A stretch of DNA of 64,000 nt from an uncultured Sandarakinorhabdus sp. (GCA_964535865.1 CAZHTW010000001.1:4599-68598), one strand, 5' to 3'; positions 39,721-51,701 are shown, numbered from the stretch's first letter. The notes: generated by a model from the sequence alone, not told the origin. Program-made: numbers and translations.

Positions 39721-41456
39721 TGGCCGATCCCAAGGCCCCGCCACCCGAAGCCGACGCAGCCAGCCTGCGGCGCGACGGCGGGGATCGCGGCCTGTCGCTG
39801 GCCGAACGCGCAGCCGCACATTTCACCCGTCAGCTTTACGCCACCCCGCTGCACCAGCTGCGGCTGCGCGGGCGGTTCCCGTTGAAACTGCTGGGCGTGC
39901 TGGCCGATCCGGTGCCGGGCGATCCGCATCTGGCCGAACGCATCATCGCTGGCCGGCTGATCCACGCCGGCCACACGGTGATGATCCGCGAACTGGATTT
40001 CCGCAGCCTGGACGCTCCAGCAGCCTGGGCCGAATGGGCGCATGGCTGGGGCTGGTTGCGGCATCTGGCCATCCTGCCCGATCAGAAGGCGGCGCTGACG
40101 GCAGCCGAAAATCTGGCGCAGCGCTGGCTGAACAGCTTTGGCGAATATGACCCGCTGGCCTGGCGGGCCGATATCACCGGCGACCGGCTGTTGATGCTGC
40201 TGGCCCATGCGCCGGTGATATTGGGCGGTTCCAACCAGATTTTCCGGTCCGCCGTGCTGTCGGCCATGGCGACCTGGGCCCGCCATCTGGATCGCGCCGC
40301 GCCGCGCCTGCCCGAGGGGCTGGGCCAGGCCCGGGCCTGGTGCGGCCTCTATGCTGCCGGCGTGCTGATTCCGGGCGGGGAGGTGCGGACGGCGCGCGCC
40401 CTGGCCGGGCTGGAGGCGCTGTTGCCCGGGCTGGTGCTGCCCGATGGCGGCATTGCCAGCCGCACGCCGGCCGATGCGCTGGCGCTGGCGCACTATCTGC
40501 TGCTCGTCGGTTCGGCCGCCGAAGCGGTGGGCAGCCGCGCGCCGCGGCTGTTTGCCGATACGCTGGCCCGGCTGCTGCCATCACTGCGCGGCATGGTGCT
40601 GGGCGATGGCCGGGTGGGAGCCTGGCATGGCGGCGCGGTGATCGGCAGCGACGCGCTGGATCGGATCGCGCGGCGGGCGGCCACCGGCACCGAACTGCGC
40701 CGAAGCGGGCGCTGGAGCGGCTTTCACCGGCTTTCGGCCGGGCGCAGCGTGGTGGTGATCGATGCCGGCCCGCCGCCGCACGCCCGATTGTCATCCAACG
40801 GCCATGCCGGCACCCTGGCGTTTGAAATGAGCGATGGCGCCGATCGGCTGATCACCAATTGCGGCGGCGCCAACGGCCTCGCCGTGGCGCTGGCCCCGGC
40901 GCTGGCGGCGGGCCTCGCCACCACGGCCGCCCATTCCACGCTGGTGATTGCCGATACCAACAGCACCCGCATCCGCGATGATGGCACGCTGGGCATCGGC
41001 GTGGGTGAGGTGACCATGGCCTATCGCTCCACCGGCGAAGGCCAGCTGATCGAGGCGTCCCATGATGGCTATGCCCGCCGGCTGGGCATGCTGGTGCGGC
41101 GGCGATTGTTCCTCACGCCGGATGGCAATGAACTGGCCGGCGAGGATGAGATCGTCCCCGCGCCGGCAAAATTGTTGCGGCGGCGCGGGGATCGCAGCTT
41201 TGGTCTGCGCTTCCACCTTGGCCCCGGCGTGTCGGCGACGCCCACCGCCGATGGCATGGGCGCACTGCTGAAAACCCCATCAGGCCGCATCTGGGCGTTC
41301 AAGGCGCTGGCAGCCGGCTGCGACCTGGCCATCGAACCATCGCTGTGGGTGGATGAAGCCGGCACCCTCCACCGCACCCAGCAACTGGTGTTGCAGGGAC
41401 AGACCAGCCAGTTGGCCGCCGCGCTGCAATGGAGCCTGCGCCGCGCCGGAAAATAG
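39717..41456 (+). CDS. Heparinase II/III-like protein
   Basis: [31 protein letters not shown]; lies between rpe and purH. Confidence 0.85.
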   Translation: MMADPKAPPPEADAASLRRDGGDRGLSLAERAAAHFTRQLYATPLHQLRLRGRFPLKLLGVLADPVPGDPHLAERIIAGRLIHAGHTVMIRELDFRSLDAPAAWAEWAHGWGWLRHLAILPDQKAALTAAENLAQRWLNSFGEYDPLAWRADITGDRLLMLLAHAPVILGGSNQIFRSAVLSAMATWARHLDRAAPRLPEGLGQARAWCGLYAAGVLIPGGEVRTARALAGLEALLPGLVLPDGGIASRTPADALALAHYLLLVGSAAEAVGSRAPRLFADTLARLLPSLRGMVLGDGRVGAWHGGAVIGSDALDRIARRAATGTELRRSGRWSGFHRLSAGRSVVVIDAGPPPHARLSSNGHAGTLAFEMSDGADRLITNCGGANGLAVALAPALAAGLATTAAHSTLVIADTNSTRIRDDGTLGIGVGEVTMAYRSTGEGQLIEASHDGYARRLGMLVRRRLFLTPDGNELAGEDEIVPAPAKLLRRRGDRSFGLRFHLGPGVSATPTADGMGALLKTPSGRIWAFKALAAGCDLAIEPSLWVDEAGTLHRTQQLVLQGQTSQLAAALQWSLRRAGK

Positions 41457-41519
41457 ACAAGCGCCGCCCAAGTCGCTAGGCGCATCGCCGATCCTGCACC
41501 CCGCCGCTGAAAGCCCGAC

Positions 41520-43106
41520 ATGACCAATCTCGTCCCCATCCGCCGCGCTCTGCTTTCCGTGTCTGACAAGGCGGGGCTGGAACCACTTGCCGCCGCGCTG
41601 GTCGCGCATGGGGTGGAACTGGTCTCCACCGGCGGCACCGCCACCGCGCTGCGCGCCATGGGCCATGCGGTGAAAGACGTGGCGGAGCTGACCGGCAGCC
41701 CGGAAATGATGGACGGCCGGGTGAAGACGCTGCACCCGCGGGTGCACGGCGGCCTGCTCGCCCTGCGCGACAATGAAGAACACCAGGCGGCCATGGCTGA
41801 AAACGGCATTGGCGCCATCGATCTGGCGGTGATCAATCTTTATCCCTTTGCCGCCACCGTGGCGAAAGGCGCGCCGCGCGCCGACATCATCGAGAATATC
41901 GACATTGGCGGCCCGGCCATGGTGCGGTCGTCAGCGAAGAATCATGATTTTGTCGCCATTCTCACCAGCCCCGATCAATATGACGGCTTCATCGCGGCGC
42001 TGACCGAACATGCCGGTGCCACCCCGCTGGCCCTGCGCCGCCAATTGGCCGCCGCCGCCTTCGCCCACACCGCCGCCTATGATGCCGCCGTTGCCAGCTG
42101 GTTCGCCTTCGCCGATCAGGGCGAGATGTTCCCGGCCGTGCTGCCGGTGGCCCTGACCCGCAAGGATGTGCTGCGTTATGGTGAGAACCCGCACCAGCAG
42201 GCTGCACTCTATCTGCCGCAGGGCCGTTCCCATGGCCTGGCCGCTGCCACCCAGGTGCAGGGCAAGGAACTGAGCTACAACAATTTGAACGATGCCGATG
42301 GCGCGCTGGATCTGATCGCCGAATGGGCCGGGGCCGGCCCGGCCTGCGCCATCATCAAGCACGCCAATCCCTGCGGCGTCGCCACCGGCGCCACGCTGGT
42401 TGACGCCTATGAAAAGGCCTTCCGCTGCGATCCGGTCTCGGCCTTTGGCGGCATCATCGCCGTCAACCAGCCGCTGGATGGCCCCACAGCCGAGGCCATC
42501 ACCCAGATTTTCACCGAAGTGGTGATCGCGCCCGGTGCCGATGATGCAGCGCGCGCGGTGTTTGCCGGCAAGAAGAATCTGCGCCTGCTGATCGCCCAAC
42601 TGCCCGATCCGCGCCGCCCGGGCCTGATGCTGAAGCCGGTTTCGGGCGGCATGCTGGTGCAAAGCCGCGACAATGGTGCGGTGTCCCGCGACGCCTGCAA
42701 GGTGGTGACCAAGCGGGCGCCAACCGAGGCCGAATGGGCCGATCTGCTGTTCGCCTGGACGGTGGCGCGGCATGTGAAGTCCAACGCCATCGTCTATGCC
42801 AATGGCGGGGCCACCGCTGGCGTGGGTGCCGGCCAGATGAGCCGGCTGGATTCCACCCGCATCGCGGCACGCAAGGCCATTGATGCGGCCGACGCCGCCG
42901 GCTGGCCGCAACCCAAGACCATCGGCAGCTGCGTCGCTTCAGATGCGTTTTTCCCGTTCGCCGATGGCCTGATTGCCGCCGCCGAGGCCGGCGCCACCGC
43001 CATCATCCAGCCTGGCGGCTCCATCCGCGATGCGGACGTGATCGCTGCTGCTGACGAACGCGGTCTCGCCATGGTCTTCACGGGAATGCGCCACTTCCGG
43101 CACTAA
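41520..43106 (+). CDS. purH: Bifunctional AICAR transformylase/IMP cyclohydrolase
   Basis: [47 protein letters not shown]. Confidence 0.99.
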   Translation: MTNLVPIRRALLSVSDKAGLEPLAAALVAHGVELVSTGGTATALRAMGHAVKDVAELTGSPEMMDGRVKTLHPRVHGGLLALRDNEEHQAAMAENGIGAIDLAVINLYPFAATVAKGAPRADIIENIDIGGPAMVRSSAKNHDFVAILTSPDQYDGFIAALTEHAGATPLALRRQLAAAAFAHTAAYDAAVASWFAFADQGEMFPAVLPVALTRKDVLRYGENPHQQAALYLPQGRSHGLAAATQVQGKELSYNNLNDADGALDLIAEWAGAGPACAIIKHANPCGVATGATLVDAYEKAFRCDPVSAFGGIIAVNQPLDGPTAEAITQIFTEVVIAPGADDAARAVFAGKKNLRLLIAQLPDPRRPGLMLKPVSGGMLVQSRDNGAVSRDACKVVTKRAPTEAEWADLLFAWTVARHVKSNAIVYANGGATAGVGAGQMSRLDSTRIAARKAIDAADAAGWPQPKTIGSCVASDAFFPFADGLIAAAEAGATAIIQPGGSIRDADVIAAADERGLAMVFTGMRHFRH

Positions 43107-43141
43107 CCCCCCTCCCGCATGCGGGAGGGGCCGGGGGTGGG
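43107..43141. repeat. REP-like palindromic repeat
   Basis: CCCCTCCCGCATGCGGGAGGGGCCGGGGGTGGG; near-identical copy at 56422-56454. Confidence 0.75.
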
Positions 43142-43180
43142 TTCTTCCCCTATGCTGCTCCCTCAACCTGGAGCCGCCCC

Positions 43181-44329
43181 ATGCACGACCGCATCATCCA
43201 CGCCCTTGAGACCAGCCTCGCCGCGGCCAATGTTCCGGGCGCGGTCGTCACCGTTGGCAACCGCGCCGGCACGCTGGCCGAAATCGCGGTGGGCAGCAAA
43301 GGCCCCGGCGGCCCGGCGCTGGCGCAGGATGACCTGTTCCAGATCGCCAGCATGACCAAGGCCATCGCCAGCGTGGCCGCCATGCAACTGGTGGAACAGG
43401 GCCGGCTGACGTTGGACGATGATCTGGGGCCATTGCTGCCGCAGCTGGCCAATCCCCAGGTGCTTCAAGGCTTCGACAGCGACGGCAAGCCCGTCACCCG
43501 CCCCGCGGCAGGCCCGATCACGCTCCGGCACCTGCTCACCCACACCTCCGGCTTCGGCTATGAATTCATGTCGGCCGAACTCACCCAGTGGCGGCCGCAC
43601 AGCCCGGCCAATCCCGGCACGCTGGCCAGCATCAACCAGCCCCTGCTGGCCGATCCAGGCACGCACTGGATCTATGGCATTTCCACCGATTGGGTCGGCC
43701 GCGCCGTGGAAGCCGTGTCCGGCATGCGGCTGGGCGAATGGCTCGATCGCCATGTCACCGGGCCATTGGAGATGGCTGACACCACATTCGCCTTCGATGA
43801 TGCCATCAAGGCCCGGCTGACCCCGCTGCATGTGCGCACCCCCGATGGCGGGCTGATGCCCTTCCCAATCCATTTCGGCGGCGGCGCGGATGCCGAATAT
43901 CATGGCGCGGGCGGCGGCCTGATTTCCACTGCGCGCGACTATCTGAAATTCACCCGCATGATCCTGAACGGCGGCGCTTTGAACGGCGCCCGCATCCTCA
44001 AGCCTGAAACCGTGGCGATGATGGCCAGCAACCAGGTGACAATGCCGGCCGGCCGCATGACCAGCAATCTGCCCGGCTTCTCATCGGATTTCGATCTGTT
44101 CCCGATGATGGATTGCGGCTGGGGCCTGGGATTCCTGATCAACCCTGAGCAGGGCCCCGATGGCCGCGCGCCGGGCAGCCTGGCCTGGGCCGGCATTGCC
44201 AACAGCTATTACTGGATCGATCCGGCCAGCGATGTGACGGCGGTGCTGTGCATGCAGCATCTGCCCTTTGGCGAACCGGCCACGGTCGAGGTGCTGCGCG
44301 CCGTCGAACGGGCGGTGTACGGGCGGTAA
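43181..44329 (+). CDS. Serine hydrolase, beta-lactamase fold (family VIII esterase-like)
   Basis: SMTK (SxxK), LLTHTSG, WIYG, W.GIANSYYWIDP. Confidence 0.9.
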   Translation: MHDRIIHALETSLAAANVPGAVVTVGNRAGTLAEIAVGSKGPGGPALAQDDLFQIASMTKAIASVAAMQLVEQGRLTLDDDLGPLLPQLANPQVLQGFDSDGKPVTRPAAGPITLRHLLTHTSGFGYEFMSAELTQWRPHSPANPGTLASINQPLLADPGTHWIYGISTDWVGRAVEAVSGMRLGEWLDRHVTGPLEMADTTFAFDDAIKARLTPLHVRTPDGGLMPFPIHFGGGADAEYHGAGGGLISTARDYLKFTRMILNGGALNGARILKPETVAMMASNQVTMPAGRMTSNLPGFSSDFDLFPMMDCGWGLGFLINPEQGPDGRAPGSLAWAGIANSYYWIDPASDVTAVLCMQHLPFGEPATVEVLRAVERAVYGR

Positions 44330-44333
44330 GCCG

Positions 44334-44792
44334 CTACGCCAACAGCAGCGCCAGCGGCACGGCGGCGCCTGCCAGCAGCATCCACAGCGACGTGCGCCGC
44401 GTGGCCCGGCTGTTCAGCGCAATGGCCGCGCCCAGCAAGGTGGACAGAGCCAGCGCGGCGGCCAGCGTGGCCGTGAAGATCTTCATCGGCAGGGCTGCGC
44501 GGCTGCGGGCGGCCCGTTCGGCGGCCTTGGCCGCTTCCTTGGCTGGATCGGCGGGCGGTTTGGCCGCGGCCGGCGGTTTCGGCGCTTCGGCGCGCGGCAC
44601 GGTCTGATCGATGTGCACACTGCCCATCCACGCCATCCAGGCCGGTGGTGGCGCGCCATCCCAGCCGCTGGCCTGTTGCAACCGGAAGGCCTGCAACCCG
44701 CCGCTGATCGCAAAGAACAATATGGCGGGCAGGAAAAACACACCGATATACAGATGCAGCTGGCGGATGCGCCGCATGGTCTGGGCGTTCAT
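44334..44792 (-). CDS. Small membrane protein, PepSY-associated TM-like
   Basis: IRQLHLYIG.F..P.ILFF..SG motif and 3 TM helices; ATGA-coupled to hisD. Confidence 0.7.
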   Translation of the reverse strand: MNAQTMRRIRQLHLYIGVFFLPAILFFAISGGLQAFRLQQASGWDGAPPPAWMAWMGSVHIDQTVPRAEAPKPPAAAKPPADPAKEAAKAAERAARSRAALPMKIFTATLAAALALSTLLGAAIALNSRATRRTSLWMLLAGAAVPLALLLA

Positions 44793-46087
44793 GCGCCGGT
44801 CTCCAGCCGCAGCCGGATCGACGCAGCGTGCGCGGCCAGCCCTTCGACATCGGCAATCGCCGCGCCAGCCGGGCCAATGGCGGCAAGGCCCTTCGGCCCG
44901 CAATCGAGGAACGTCGTGCGCTTCATGAAATCGGCCACCGAAAGCCCCGAGGCAAAGCGCGCGCGGCGGCCCGTGGGCAGCACATGGTTGGGCCCGGCGA
45001 GATAATCGCCCGCCGCTTCCGGCGTGTGGCGGCCCAGGAACACCGAACCGGCGTGGCGCATGCGGCTGAACAGCCAATCGGGATCATCCACCATCAGTTC
45101 CGCATGCTCCGGGGCCAGCGCGTCCAGAAGCGGCAACGCATCAGCCAATGCAGATGCTACGATGATGGCACCATGGTTCCCCCACGACGCACCCGCCACG
45201 GCGGCGGTGGGCAATGTTTCCAGCTGCCGCGCCACCGCCGCTTCAACCGCATCGGCTTCGGCCGCGCTGGTGGTGATCAGGATGGATTGCGCCACCGGAT
45301 CATGTTCGGCCTGGGCCAGAAGATCGGCCGCAATCCAATCCGGGTTGGATTTGCCATCCGAAACAATCACCACTTCCGACGGCCCGGCCACCATGTCGAT
45401 GCCCACCACGCCATAAAGCTGGCGCTTGGCTTCGGCCACCCAGGCGTTGCCGGGGCCGGTGATCACATCCACCTTGGGGATGCGGCCTGTGCCAAAGGCC
45501 AGCGCCGCAATCGCCTGCGCTCCGCCCACGCGGAACACGCGGCTCACCCCGGCCACGCGCGCCGCGGCCAGCACCAGCGGATTGGCCGCCCCGCCCGGTG
45601 TTGGCGTCACCATGATCAGATCGCGCACGCCGGCCACCACGGCGGGAATGGCGTTCATCAACACCGACGATGGATAGGCCGCCCGCCCGCCCGGCACATA
45701 GAGGCCGGCGGCATCCACCGGCGTCCAGCGCACGCCGGTGCGCACCCCGGCTTCATCCACAGCATCATTGCCGGTGGGCTTTTGCCGTTCGTGAAAATCG
45801 CGGATGCGGGTGGCCGCCAGATCGAGTGCGGCGCGCAGATCGGGCGCCAGCCCGGCCAGCGCCGCATCCATTTCAGCAGCGCCGATTTCCCAGCCAAGCA
45901 CGTCCAGATCAACCCGGTCAAACCGCGCCGTCAATTCCGCCAGGGCGTCATCGCCGCGGGCGCGCACACTGGCGATGATCGCCGCCACCGTGCTGCCCAC
46001 ATCGGCCGCATCATCGCGCTTGGCGTCCACCAGCGCGGCAAAATCCGCCGCAAAGCTGGCGCTGCCCGCTTCAAGCCGCAACGGCAT
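44789..46087 (-). CDS. hisD: Histidinol dehydrogenase
   Basis: [42 protein letters not shown]. Confidence 0.99.
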   Translation of the reverse strand: MPLRLEAGSASFAADFAALVDAKRDDAADVGSTVAAIIASVRARGDDALAELTARFDRVDLDVLGWEIGAAEMDAALAGLAPDLRAALDLAATRIRDFHERQKPTGNDAVDEAGVRTGVRWTPVDAAGLYVPGGRAAYPSSVLMNAIPAVVAGVRDLIMVTPTPGGAANPLVLAAARVAGVSRVFRVGGAQAIAALAFGTGRIPKVDVITGPGNAWVAEAKRQLYGVVGIDMVAGPSEVVIVSDGKSNPDWIAADLLAQAEHDPVAQSILITTSAAEADAVEAAVARQLETLPTAAVAGASWGNHGAIIVASALADALPLLDALAPEHAELMVDDPDWLFSRMRHAGSVFLGRHTPEAAGDYLAGPNHVLPTGRRARFASGLSVADFMKRTTFLDCGPKGLAAIGPAGAAIADVEGLAAHAASIRLRLETGA

Positions 46088-46733
46088 CATCAGCCTCCAC
46101 CAGGGCGCGCATCGCGTTCACCAGCTCCACCACACGGCCATCGGTCTTGAAGGCGGCGCGGTTGGCGATCAGGCGGCTGGTCACCTCGGCGATCACCTCC
46201 ACCTCCACCAGGCCATTTTCGGCCAGCGTCTTGCCGGTGGACACCAGATCGACAATCCGGCTGGACAGGCCAACCAGCGGCGCCAGCTCCATCGCGCCGT
46301 TCAATTTGATCACCTCGGCCTGCAGTCCGCGCGCCGCGAAATGCCGGCGCGTCAGCCCCGGATATTTGGTCGCCACCCGCACATGGGACAGGCGGGTGAG
46401 ATCCGGATCAAGGGCGGCGGGCTGCGCCACCGACAATCGGCATTTGCCAATGCCCAGATCAACCGGCGCATAAATCTCGGAAAAATCAAACTCCATCAAT
46501 ACATCATTGCCGGCAATGCCGATCTGCGCCGCGCCAAAGGCCACGAACGTCGCCACATCGAAACTGCGCACCCTGATCACCTGCAAATCGGCGCGGGAGG
46601 TGGCAAAGGTCAGCTTGCGGCTGTTCTCATCGGAAAAATCCGGTTCCGGCACAATGCCGATGCGCGCCAGCAGCGGCAGCGCCTCTTTCAGGATGCGGCC
46701 CTTGGGCAGAGCAATGGTGAGCGGAGCAATCAT
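46071..46733 (-). CDS. hisG: ATP phosphoribosyltransferase, short form
   Basis: [35 protein letters not shown]; no C-terminal regulatory domain. Confidence 0.97.
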   Translation of the reverse strand: MIAPLTIALPKGRILKEALPLLARIGIVPEPDFSDENSRKLTFATSRADLQVIRVRSFDVATFVAFGAAQIGIAGNDVLMEFDFSEIYAPVDLGIGKCRLSVAQPAALDPDLTRLSHVRVATKYPGLTRRHFAARGLQAEVIKLNGAMELAPLVGLSSRIVDLVSTGKTLAENGLVEVEVIAEVTSRLIANRAAFKTDGRVVELVNAMRALVEADDAVAA

Positions 46734-46787
46734 GATGCGGCGCGGCATAGCGCGGGCGTCAACAAATTGCCACCACCCTGCCCAGCG

Positions 46788-48746
46788 TCAATTCGGCGGA
46801 TTATGCTTCTCCAGAAAGGCAATCTGGGCTTCCAGCATGGCGATGCGGGTGGCGGGGCGGGACAGCCAATGATCCTCCCCGGCCAGTTCCAGCCACTCCG
46901 CCTCCTTGCCCGCCGCCTTCAGGGCATCGCGCATCAGGCGGCTCTGTTCGATCGGCACCACCGCGTCATCCTTGCCGTGGATCAGTTGCAGCGGCACGCT
47001 CACCTTGGCCGCCAGCCGCGCCGGGGACCAGGGATCGATGCTGTCATCGCTGGCGTTCTTCGCCCCCATGAAGCGCTGCCAGTAACGCAGCGTGCCATTC
47101 TGCGACCCGCCGCTGTCGCGGGTTTCCCACACCAGCATGCGGCGCAGGTCGGACACTCCGGCCACGGCCGAGGCACAGCGATAGACGCCCTGATCCACCG
47201 TCACGCCGGCCATCGCGGCATAGCCACCATAGGATGCCCCCACGATGCACACGCGCTTCGCATCCACCGTCCCCTTGGCCACCAGATCACGCACCCCGTC
47301 TGACAAGTCGCTCTGCATCTTGCGGCCCCACTCCCCATGGCCGGCATCGCGGAATGGCGTGCCAAAACCACTGGAGCCGCGGAACTGCGGCTGCAACACG
47401 GCATAGCCGCGGCTGGCCAGCGCCTGGCTCCACCAATCAAAACCAACCGGATCGCGTGCCTCCGGCCCGCCATGCGGCAGCACGATCAGCGGCAGGCCTT
47501 TTGCTGCCCCGCTGCCGGCCCGCCCGCGCGGCAGAGTGAGATAGGCGGGAATCTCCAGGCCGTCCGCCGCCTTGTAGCGGAATGGCGTCACCGGGTTCAG
47601 CAATTCGGGGCCCAGACCATTGTACCGATCCGCCATGAACTCAATCTGGCCCTTGGCGCGGTTGATGCGAAACAGCGAAACGCCGTTCTTCTCGCCCCGC
47701 ACCTCGACAATCAGGGTCTGGCGATCCTCGCTCCAGCTTTCCAGTTCCACCTGCTCGCCGGCAAAGGCGCGGGTGATGCCGCGCCACATCGCCTGATCCT
47801 TGGCATCGAAAAACCTGTATTCATTGGCCTCCAGCCCGGCATCGACCAGCCCGATCGCCACCCCGCTGCGCCGATCCCGCAAAACGGCATCGGCATCAAA
47901 GCCCTCCAGCTTGGTCATGCTGCCATCGGCAAGCGTGACGGTATAATCCTCCCACAGGCCCGACTTGTGGCTGCTGAACAGCAGCGTGCCGCTGTCCTTG
48001 CCAAAGCCAAGAACAAAGGGCCGATCCAGCCGCGCCACCTCTTCATACGCCCGGCGGAAGCCGCCGCCGGCACTGCGCAGCAGCAGACGATAGCTGCCGG
48101 ACTTTTCCTCATAATCCTCGCGCGCCACCGCCTTGCCATCGGCATCCAGCACAAAGCGCAGCGTGTCCGGCGTGCCGACCAGGCCCACGGTGCCGCCAGC
48201 CTTGCCCAGCTTCACGTCAATCAGCGAAACCGTGCCATAGCCGTTTTCAAAGCTGATGCCCGGCACCACCAGCACCGGCTGGCCATCGCGCATCACCGGC
48301 TTTGGGGTGCCGGCCGCCACGTTCATCGCATCGGGAATGCCGGTCAGCAGCGGCTTCCACTCCTTGCCCTTGGTCAGATCAAGATCGAGCAGCATCGACC
48401 ATTCGCGCTTGGGGGCGTTGCCGAACTGATCGAAGCGCTGCGTGTTCGATATGGTGGCGATGACATGATCATTGCCGGCCCAGGTCACGCCGCGAATCTT
48501 GGATTTGTCGGCCGTGGTCACCGCCAGCAGCTGATTCTCCACCAGGGTGCGCACCTGGATTTGCGCCGCCTTGTCATCGCCCATCACCGCCGCCCATTTG
48601 CTGCCGTCCGGCGACAGGACGATGCTCTGCACATTGGGCAATTGGCCATACAGGCTGACCGGCGGCGGCGCGGCGGCGGCAGCGGCTGCCCATACCAAGG
48701 CGGCCACAGCAAACCAGTTGCGGTTCATCACCAACATCCCTCTCAT
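46788..48746 (-). CDS. S9 family (prolyl oligopeptidase-like) peptidase, copy 1
   Basis: Signal peptide, HGGP, QFRGS, GASYGGY, IHGKDD, EDH catalytic triad. Confidence 0.92.
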   Translation of the reverse strand: MRGMLVMNRNWFAVAALVWAAAAAAAPPPVSLYGQLPNVQSIVLSPDGSKWAAVMGDDKAAQIQVRTLVENQLLAVTTADKSKIRGVTWAGNDHVIATISNTQRFDQFGNAPKREWSMLLDLDLTKGKEWKPLLTGIPDAMNVAAGTPKPVMRDGQPVLVVPGISFENGYGTVSLIDVKLGKAGGTVGLVGTPDTLRFVLDADGKAVAREDYEEKSGSYRLLLRSAGGGFRRAYEEVARLDRPFVLGFGKDSGTLLFSSHKSGLWEDYTVTLADGSMTKLEGFDADAVLRDRRSGVAIGLVDAGLEANEYRFFDAKDQAMWRGITRAFAGEQVELESWSEDRQTLIVEVRGEKNGVSLFRINRAKGQIEFMADRYNGLGPELLNPVTPFRYKAADGLEIPAYLTLPRGRAGSGAAKGLPLIVLPHGGPEARDPVGFDWWSQALASRGYAVLQPQFRGSSGFGTPFRDAGHGEWGRKMQSDLSDGVRDLVAKGTVDAKRVCIVGASYGGYAAMAGVTVDQGVYRCASAVAGVSDLRRMLVWETRDSGGSQNGTLRYWQRFMGAKNASDDSIDPWSPARLAAKVSVPLQLIHGKDDAVVPIEQSRLMRDALKAAGKEAEWLELAGEDHWLSRPATRIAMLEAQIAFLEKHNPPN

Positions 48747-50674
48747 TCCGGTGGATTATGCTTCAGCAGGAACGCCATCTGCGCTTCCAGCATGGCGATG
48801 CGGGTGGCGGGGCGGCTGAGCCAATGATCTTCGCCGGCCAGTTCCAGATACTCCACCGGCTTGCCGGCCTTGGCCATGGCATCGCGCATGATGCGGCTTT
48901 GTTCGATGGGCACCACCGTGTCGTCCTTGCCGTGGATCAACTGCAGCGGCACGGTGACCCTATTGGCAAGCCGGGCTGGCGAGCGGACATCAAGGCTGGT
49001 GTCGTCGGGCGATTTCGCGCCCATGAAGCGCTGCCAATAGCGCAGGGTGGCGTTGCGCGCGCCCCGGTTATCGGCAATCTCGCTGGCCAGCATCCGCCGC
49101 AGATCAGACACGCCGGCCACCGCCGAGGCACAGCGATAGACACCGACGTCAATAGTGACTCCGGCCATGGCGGCATAGCCGCCATAGGAGGCACCAGCGA
49201 TGCACACGCGCCGAGCATCCACCACGCCCTTGGTGACCAGATCGCGGACACCGTCGGAAAGATCGGTCTGCATCTTGAGACCCCATTCGCCATAGCCAGC
49301 GGCCCGGTGCGCTTCGCCAAAGCCGGCCGAGCCGCGGAACTGGGGCTGCAGCACGGCATAGCCCCGGCTGGCCAGCGCCTGCGCCCACCAGTCAAAGCCC
49401 GGCGTGTCACGGGCGGCGGGCCCTCCGTGTGCCAGCAGCACAAGCGGCAAGCCCTTGGCCGGCCGTCCCTTTGGCAAGGTGAGATAGGCCGGCACCTCGA
49501 AACCATCGGCGGCCTTGTAGTGATAGGACTCAACCGGATTGACCAGCTCCGGGCCAATGCCGCCATAGCGGTCAGCCAAGAATTCCACAGTGCCGGCCGC
49601 ACGGTCCACCCTGAACAGCGCGATGCCGTTCTTTTCGCCCTGCACTTCGATCAGGATGGTCTTGCGGTCGGCGCTCCAGCTTTCAAGCGTCACCTGCTCG
49701 CCTGGAAAGGCCTTTTCGATGCCTCGCCACAGCGCCTGATCCTTGCTGTCGAAGAAGCTGTAAACGATGCGATCCAGCTTCACGTCCATGGTGCCAAGCG
49801 CAATGCCGCTTGTGCGATCGGACACGATGGAATCGGCATCGAAGCCGCTGATCGGGCCGGTGACCGTGCCATCGGCCAGACGGACTTCATAATCTTCCCA
49901 ATCGCCGGTCTTGTGGCTGCTCATCAACAACGTGCCGGCATCGCGGCCCAGGCTGTAGACGCCGGGAACATCAACCGGCGCGGTTTCCTGATAGACGGTG
50001 CGAAAGCCCGATGGACCCCTTAGCAACAGCTTCCACTCGCCCGTGCGGGCCCCATAATCCTCGCGCGCCACCGGGCGTCCATCGGGACCAACGATGAAGT
50101 CAACAGTGTCCGGCGTTCCGGAAACCGCAAGCGTGCCGCCAATGCGATCCGGCCTGACCTCCACCAGCGCCAGCGTGCCGACGTTGGACTTGAAGGTGAC
50201 GGCTGGCACGATGGCCATTGGCTGGCCGTCGCGCACCACGCTGCGCACGGTGCCGGCGGTGACATTCATCGTGTCCTTGATGCCGCTGATCAATGGCCGC
50301 CATGACCGGTTCTTGGCCAGATCAAGTATCATCGACACCGCCCATTCGCGCTTCGGCCCAAGCAGGCCAACCACCGATTGGGTGGTTGAGGTGGTGGCGA
50401 CCAGATGATCATTGCCCACCCACAACAGACCGCGCAGCTTGGCCTTTTCGGTGGGAGTGACGCTGATCGGCTTGTTGTCGCTGGTGCTGCGCACCTGGAT
50501 CTGGGCACTGTTTTCATCACCCATCACGGCTGCCCAGCGTGTGCCATCTGGGGACAGGGTGATGTTGCCCACCGCGGGCAACTGGCCATAAAGGCTGAGC
50601 GGTGGCGGCGCGGCGAAGGCCGAAGTGCTGGCCAGTGCGGCAAGCAGAAGCAGACGATGCAGCAACAATTTCAT
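48743..50674 (-). CDS. S9 family peptidase, copy 2
   Basis: Same motifs; tandem paralog whose stop overlaps the next start (ATGA). Confidence 0.92.
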   Translation of the reverse strand: MKLLLHRLLLLAALASTSAFAAPPPLSLYGQLPAVGNITLSPDGTRWAAVMGDENSAQIQVRSTSDNKPISVTPTEKAKLRGLLWVGNDHLVATTSTTQSVVGLLGPKREWAVSMILDLAKNRSWRPLISGIKDTMNVTAGTVRSVVRDGQPMAIVPAVTFKSNVGTLALVEVRPDRIGGTLAVSGTPDTVDFIVGPDGRPVAREDYGARTGEWKLLLRGPSGFRTVYQETAPVDVPGVYSLGRDAGTLLMSSHKTGDWEDYEVRLADGTVTGPISGFDADSIVSDRTSGIALGTMDVKLDRIVYSFFDSKDQALWRGIEKAFPGEQVTLESWSADRKTILIEVQGEKNGIALFRVDRAAGTVEFLADRYGGIGPELVNPVESYHYKAADGFEVPAYLTLPKGRPAKGLPLVLLAHGGPAARDTPGFDWWAQALASRGYAVLQPQFRGSAGFGEAHRAAGYGEWGLKMQTDLSDGVRDLVTKGVVDARRVCIAGASYGGYAAMAGVTIDVGVYRCASAVAGVSDLRRMLASEIADNRGARNATLRYWQRFMGAKSPDDTSLDVRSPARLANRVTVPLQLIHGKDDTVVPIEQSRIMRDAMAKAGKPVEYLELAGEDHWLSRPATRIAMLEAQMAFLLKHNPPE

Positions 50675-50723
50675 CCCCCGGACAATCAAGCCGGGGCAAA
50701 TCAGCCAGTGCCGTTTCAGCCTG

Positions 50724-51608
50724 TCAAGCGACAGTTCCCCGCAGCAACTTGATGATGCCGGAAAAATCCGTGAATGCGCCGCCGTTGTTCACGAACAACT
50801 GATACAGGCTTTGCGCTTCGGCCCCCATCGGCACTGTCGCGCCCACGCCCTGGGCGGCTTCGCAGGCCAGTTTCAGATCCTTCAGCATCAGCGCGGCGGC
50901 GAATCCGCCGGCATAATCCCGGTTGGACGGCGCGGTGGGCACCGGGCCGGGCACGGGGCAGTAATTCGTCATCGACCAGCTTTGCCCGCTGGCCTTGCTG
51001 GAAATGTCAAAAAATGTCTGCGCGTCCAGCCCGAGTTTCTCGGCCAGCACAAAGGCTTCGGCCGTGGCGATCATCGTCGCGCCCAGGATCATGTTGTTGC
51101 AGATTTTCGCCGCCTGGCCGGTGCCCGCGCCGCCGGCATGGATCACCGCCTTGCCCATCGCCGCCAGGAGGGGCTGCGCGGCGGCAAAGGCGGCATCCGG
51201 CCCGCCGACCATGAAGGTGAGGGTGCCGGCATCGGCCGCCGCGGTGCCGCCCGACACCGGCGCATCAACCATGGCCAGGCCCCTTGCCGCCGCCGCTTCG
51301 CCCAGCGCCTTGGCGGTGCCGACATCAATGGTGGAACAATCGATCAAGATGGCATCGGCGCGGGCCGCGGCAAACAATTCGCCGTCATAAGCGCGGCGCA
51401 CATGGGCGCCGGCCGGCAGCATGGTGATGATGGCATCGGCGCCGGCAGCCGCCGCCCCCGCACTGGCCGCCGCCTGCCCGCCGCCGGCCACCACCCGCTC
51501 CAAAGCGGCCACCGACAGATCAAAAGCGCGCACATCATGGCCCGCCTTGACCAGATTCAGCGCCATGCCGCCGCCCATGTTGCCCACACCGATGAATGCG
51601 ATTTGCAT
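50724..51608 (-). CDS. mmsB: 3-hydroxyisobutyrate dehydrogenase
   Basis: FIGVGNMG, DAPVSGG, AKICNNM, LMLKDL, DFSGI. Confidence 0.96.
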   Translation of the reverse strand: MQIAFIGVGNMGGGMALNLVKAGHDVRAFDLSVAALERVVAGGGQAAASAGAAAAGADAIITMLPAGAHVRRAYDGELFAAARADAILIDCSTIDVGTAKALGEAAAARGLAMVDAPVSGGTAAADAGTLTFMVGGPDAAFAAAQPLLAAMGKAVIHAGGAGTGQAAKICNNMILGATMIATAEAFVLAEKLGLDAQTFFDISSKASGQSWSMTNYCPVPGPVPTAPSNRDYAGGFAAALMLKDLKLACEAAQGVGATVPMGAEAQSLYQLFVNNGGAFTDFSGIIKLLRGTVA

Positions 51609-51701
51609 GTTCCTGCCTTCCCGCTTGGTCAGCTTGACGCCTTGCCATGTGGCTTGGCCCTTGCCAAACGCTGACATTAGGGAAGGGAGCCGCCAAGCCA
51701 C

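Noticed and set aside
41457-41519. ZTP riboswitch before purH
   Set aside because: Region is only 63 nt, lacks the conserved elements and looks like a plain promoter (TAGACA...GCTAGG)
43181-44329. Beta-lactam resistance gene
   Set aside because: No signal peptide and no KTG motif; better fits an esterase of the beta-lactamase fold
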